Origin: an uncultured Bacteroidota bacterium
Lineage (GTDB): Bacteria; Bacteroidota; Rhodothermia; Rhodothermales; UBA10348
Length of the DNA: 64,000 bases
Direction of reading: 5' to 3'
Assembly: GCA_937876355.1 (NCBI GenBank)
Contig: CALFHN010000144.1
Span: forward strand, 55,506-119,505
How positions within the stretch are numbered: the stretch's first letter is position 1; the number at the start of each line of letters is the position of its first letter. The notes beneath the pieces are model-generated. The model was given only the letters and a program-made list of their open reading frames with translations, did not search any database and was not told where the DNA came from. A program made the position numbers and the translations under genes. Positions 60,362 to 64,000 of the stretch are shown in pieces.

Positions 60362-61606
60362 ATGGATATTCTAGTAATTCCGATCATCATTATCCTTGGA
60401 ATTTTGGCCGTTCTTGGTATTATTCGGGCCAATCTTAAGATATGCCAACCTAACGAGGTGCTCATATTTTCAGGAAGAAGCCGAGTACTCACGGACGGAT
60501 CCCATGTTGGCTATCGTGTCATTCAAGGCGGACGCGGATTTCGCATTCCGATTATTGAACGGGTAGATCGTCTCCAACTCAACACTATTCCAATCGATCT
60601 CACCGTTACAAATGCCTACTCTAAGGGGGGTATCCCTCTGATGGTTAGGGCCATCGCAAACGTCAAGATTTCTTCCAGTGAGCATGAGCTAAACAATGCG
60701 GTGGAACGTCTTCTTGGAAAGGCTTTGATTGATATTCAAACCATTGCAAAGGAAACACTCGAGGGAAATCTTAGGGGAGTTGTGGCCTCATTAACCCCTG
60801 AGGAGGTCAACGAAGATCGTCTTAAATTTGCAAAAGAACTCCTTGATGAAGCGGACAACGATTTAGGTGTGCTCGGTCTACAATTGGATACCTTAAAAAT
60901 CCAAAGTGTTGAGGATGATCGAGGCTATTTGGACGCAATTGGGCGTCAGAGTACGGCTAGTATTATTTCTGCAGCGGAAGTTGTAGAGGCCAAAAATCGT
61001 GAACTGGCCAAGTTGGCGGAAGCCAAAGCGGATATGCAAATTACACGAGCCCAAAATGAGGTCCGCATTCTTCGAGCTAAACTTTCGGCTGAAGCCGAAG
61101 CAGAAGAAGCTAAAATTGAAATTGCAGGCCGGGTTGCTGAAGCGGTTGCAGAACAGGAACTGGCCGAACAAGAGGTTTTGTTGTCTGAGAAACGTCAGCA
61201 GGCCTCCGTCATAGTTGTCGCCGAGGCCGATCGCAGGTCGAAGGAGGAGGCAGCCAAAGGAAATGCAGCTCGAATTTTTGAAGATGGTCAGGCCGAAGTG
61301 CTTGTGCTGACCAAAAAACTAGAGTTGTGGAAACAAGCGGGTCCTGATGCAGAGCGGCTTTTCCTCATACAGATGTTACCAGACATCTTGAAGGAAGTAA
61401 TTAAAACGGTCGACAATCTGAAGATTGATAAGCTAACCGTTGTTGATAGCGGAAACGGATCAGGATCCGGTGTTCCGGCCGTATTCAGCCAGATCGCTGG
61501 CGCCACTCCGGCACTTTTGGAAAGCCTGAAAGCGTCCACGGGAGTCGACATTGCCGGCTTATTAAGTCGCGCATCAAGTCAACAGGGAGAAGATTCCGTG
61601 GTCTAA
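60362..61606 (+). CDS. Flotillin-like SPFH/band-7 protein.
   Basis: N-terminal transmembrane helix, an SPFH domain and a long coiled-coil rich in EA repeats. Confidence 0.8.
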   Translation: MDILVIPIIIILGILAVLGIIRANLKICQPNEVLIFSGRSRVLTDGSHVGYRVIQGGRGFRIPIIERVDRLQLNTIPIDLTVTNAYSKGGIPLMVRAIANVKISSSEHELNNAVERLLGKALIDIQTIAKETLEGNLRGVVASLTPEEVNEDRLKFAKELLDEADNDLGVLGLQLDTLKIQSVEDDRGYLDAIGRQSTASIISAAEVVEAKNRELAKLAEAKADMQITRAQNEVRILRAKLSAEAEAEEAKIEIAGRVAEAVAEQELAEQEVLLSEKRQQASVIVVAEADRRSKEEAAKGNAARIFEDGQAEVLVLTKKLELWKQAGPDAERLFLIQMLPDILKEVIKTVDNLKIDKLTVVDSGNGSGSGVPAVFSQIAGATPALLESLKASTGVDIAGLLSRASSQQGEDSVV

Positions 61607-61653
61607 ATCTGTAGGATTTCCCAAAATAAATGCCAGATTGGGACAAAAACCGA

Positions 61654-61690
61654 AGGGCGATCCAAAATTGGATCGCCCTCGTCCTTTTAA
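61654..61690 (+). terminator. Rho-independent terminator after the flotillin gene.
   Basis: An 11-bp stem (AGGGCGATCCA / TGGATCGCCCT) with a 4-nt loop, followed by CGTCCTTTT. Confidence 0.5.
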
Positions 61691-61749
61691 AAGACACTTT
61701 TTCGCCCGATTTTACAAACTCAGAATCATCTCCCCAGCATGTCCCTAGC

Positions 61750-63222
61750 ATGTCCCGCCGCACCTTAAGCTTTTATTATTTATTTGCCCTGCTTTTGGTA
61801 TCTGTATCAATAGCTGACGGGCAGGTGCCATCCTCTAGGTTTTTTGTCGAAGGACACTTTAGCGCAAATATGTACGACGGAGAACGTTCAACCTCGACTT
61901 CTACCGGATTGTCTAGAATTCTACGCCGACTCGGACCGAGCGGTATTATTGGGATAGGATATACGTTGAATCAATCATTTGATTTGATCGGAGAATTCGC
62001 TGTTAGTAACTACCCTGGAATTACTACCAATTCGGGCACCTATGACTATATATTTCAGGATGAATCCAGCGAAAATCTAAACAGTTTTAGCACAACAATC
62101 CGCTATCGGTTTTGGCGTCTTTGGGGGTTCGAGCCCTTTTTAGCGTCTGGTTTTGGTTTAACATTTGGTAGGCTCAATAATAATTCTAGGTTCGGAATCG
62201 GCCCCAAATTAGGCGTGGGTGTTTCACATCGCTTTTTTGGACTGGAATTAGTAGCGACGGCTTCCCAGCATTATGTAGCTCCCAACAGTGCAATAGATCT
62301 TGCCGGATCCGGATACCATTTAGACGTTCTGTCGGCGGCTAGCTTGGGTATTCGATACAGATTTAAAGCACCAAAACCGCGGCTAGGTCAAATTTCGATT
62401 TCTGGACCACACACCTTGGACGCAGAATCTGAGGGTATTTTTACGGCATCTACAGATCTAGATCCTAGCGAATACACCGTACGTTGGGATTTTGGGGATG
62501 GATCGAGTGCAACAGGTAGATCTGTTCGTCATTCTTTTTCAATTCCTGGTACGTATCAAATACTAACGACCGTTTTTTACGATAACAGTTCTTCACAGTC
62601 CGCATTTGAAGTTACTGTTCAAACCGTGTTTGAGCGCGTGAAACTTGTATCTCTTTCCATTTTCCCGAACCAAGCCAACGTTGGAGACCGAATAGTTTTT
62701 ACCCCAATTTTGACGGGAAATCAGGTTTTGTGTAGCTGGGTTTTTGGGGATGGTACTAGTGCTGATACGTGTGAAACTGAGCACATCTATGACCGAGCAG
62801 GTACGTACCGAGTGAGATTTACAGCCTCCAATAAGGACCATTCTCATACGTCGAACCATACCGTTGTTGTTCATACTGATGCCTGCTCCCAACTTCCTAA
62901 ACTATCCTCCGTCTTTTTCCCTGCCCATTCGTCAGTCCTTTCTTTAGAAATGAGGCAAGTTTTGCGTGCCAACATGGCCACCTCCAGCGCGTGTACGGAA
63001 CGATCCATCGAAATTTCGGGTTCTGCCTTGAGTACGGAGCGCAACGCAGAAAATTTGGCGGCAGCACGCGCTTCTCAGGTGTATCAGTACTATCGAAATT
63101 TGGGAATCTCTTCTAATCGTGTTCATATATCTAAATCGATTGTCATTCCGGTAGAAAAGTTAGAAGGTCTGCCGTGGACCGCTCGTTCGGTAAATTCTCA
63201 GCTAGTATCTGACGTTCATTGA
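61750..63222 (+). CDS. OmpA-family outer-membrane protein with two PKD-like domains.
   Basis: Signal peptide, an N-terminal beta-barrel-like region, two PKD motifs (VRWDFGDGSSATG; SWVFGDGTSAD) and an OmpA C-terminal domain. The start was set at MSRRTLSF. Confidence 0.7.
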   Translation: MSRRTLSFYYLFALLLVSVSIADGQVPSSRFFVEGHFSANMYDGERSTSTSTGLSRILRRLGPSGIIGIGYTLNQSFDLIGEFAVSNYPGITTNSGTYDYIFQDESSENLNSFSTTIRYRFWRLWGFEPFLASGFGLTFGRLNNNSRFGIGPKLGVGVSHRFFGLELVATASQHYVAPNSAIDLAGSGYHLDVLSAASLGIRYRFKAPKPRLGQISISGPHTLDAESEGIFTASTDLDPSEYTVRWDFGDGSSATGRSVRHSFSIPGTYQILTTVFYDNSSSQSAFEVTVQTVFERVKLVSLSIFPNQANVGDRIVFTPILTGNQVLCSWVFGDGTSADTCETEHIYDRAGTYRVRFTASNKDHSHTSNHTVVVHTDACSQLPKLSSVFFPAHSSVLSLEMRQVLRANMATSSACTERSIEISGSALSTERNAENLAAARASQVYQYYRNLGISSNRVHISKSIVIPVEKLEGLPWTARSVNSQLVSDVH

Positions 63223-63240
63223 GGCACTCCCAGAGCAGTC

Positions 63241-63849
63241 TTATTTGGCCGACCGGAATCGAATGTTGACATCCAATGCCTGTTCAAACGAGGTTACCCA
63301 GTCGTTGGCTTTGCACATTCTCATTCTAGACACTTTTACGTTCTCCGTTTCAAGAATCGTCATCTGATGGCCATCAGCAGCATTGGATTCGATCAATGCT
63401 AAATTCGAAACGAGCCTGCCAATAGAGAGGCGCCCAAAATTCGAGAACCAACCTGATTTATCGCACATCAATGCATAAAGCGCATCGTGCATGGCGCCAA
63501 TAGTTTTGTCGCTTTCAATACGGTAAAGGCCGTCAAATCGCCCATAAATGAGGACCAGCGAATCGCTCATAGACGAACCGGTACTGTACGATTCAGAAAG
63601 GCAAATAGCGACTCGTTTCCCACCGTTTTTCAGCACAATGTGCACTTCAACTTCGCCTTCTGGCGTACTGATCCAAACCCCCTGTTCGACCACGACACGC
63701 CTGGAGACTACTTCTTTCAATCTGGAGACGAACCGATTGGATTGAGGAGGGAGACATTGACGACGGCCTATAGTCGAAACTACAGCCTGACGATCACAGG
63801 CCCGACTACGGAGCCATTCGACAGTTGGATAAGCTGAAACAGGTATCAT
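63241..63849 (-). CDS. Hypothetical protein.
   Basis: The start was moved to MIPVSAYP, because the longer ORF-track N-terminus reads through a terminator hairpin. No confident family assignment. Confidence 0.4.
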   Translation of the reverse strand: MIPVSAYPTVEWLRSRACDRQAVVSTIGRRQCLPPQSNRFVSRLKEVVSRRVVVEQGVWISTPEGEVEVHIVLKNGGKRVAICLSESYSTGSSMSDSLVLIYGRFDGLYRIESDKTIGAMHDALYALMCDKSGWFSNFGRLSIGRLVSNLALIESNAADGHQMTILETENVKVSRMRMCKANDWVTSFEQALDVNIRFRSAK

Positions 63850-63960
63850 AATTTTGGAGTGTCTAAGATTTTCTTGATTGAACCCAACATAGAATACCTG
63901 GTGTGACACCTTTTTGTCATAGGCTAAATAAAATATTAAAATGGGTAAAACATTAAAAAA

Positions 63961-63987
63961 GGGCGCGGCGATACTATCGCCGCGCCC
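63961..63987 (-). terminator. Strong rho-independent terminator for a minus-strand gene that lies beyond the window end.
   Basis: A perfect 13-bp GC-rich stem (GGGCGCGGCGATA / TATCGCCGCGCCC) followed on the minus strand by TTTTTTAATGTTTT. Confidence 0.55.
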
Positions 63988-64000
63988 TTCAAACACCTAA

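Overview
This 64 kb window looks like ordinary chromosome, about 50% GC, from a bacterium of the Bacteroidota/Balneolota-like (FCB group) lineage. The lineage call rests on the Bat aerotolerance operon, a DUF5683 gene after parAB, a large OstA-N LptA homolog, a PadR gene next to a 'permease-prefix' FtsX permease, and FtsX/LolCE-like permease pairs. Most of the content is housekeeping: part of citrate synthase, sdhCAB, purQ, the DUF58–DUF4381–batABCDE operon, tdk, mlaEFD, radA, rpiA, two LolC/E-like permeases, a UvrD-family helicase, parAB, an alpha-oxoamine synthase (Spt-like)–GNAT acyltransferase–HAD trio, a rhomboid protease, dsbD, rpsF–rpsR–rplI, prfA, DAHP synthase, tyrS, lptCAB, ndk, namZ, tRNA-Ala(GGC), MoeB–rhodanese, an NfeD–flotillin pair and an OmpA/PKD protein. 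I see no CRISPR array, no intact mobile element, no phage genes and no defence system. The places that deserve a second look are: a candidate sphingolipid/ceramide-type lipid cluster; a 1.3 kb gap between convergent genes with no coding signal and a perfect 17-bp hairpin; a glmS 5' remnant whose catalytic Cys codon is TGA; a tRNA-Ala next to a truncated permease gene; a Bat operon without MoxR; an N-terminally extended LptB; and several short tandem repeats that overlap gene ends or a protein linker.
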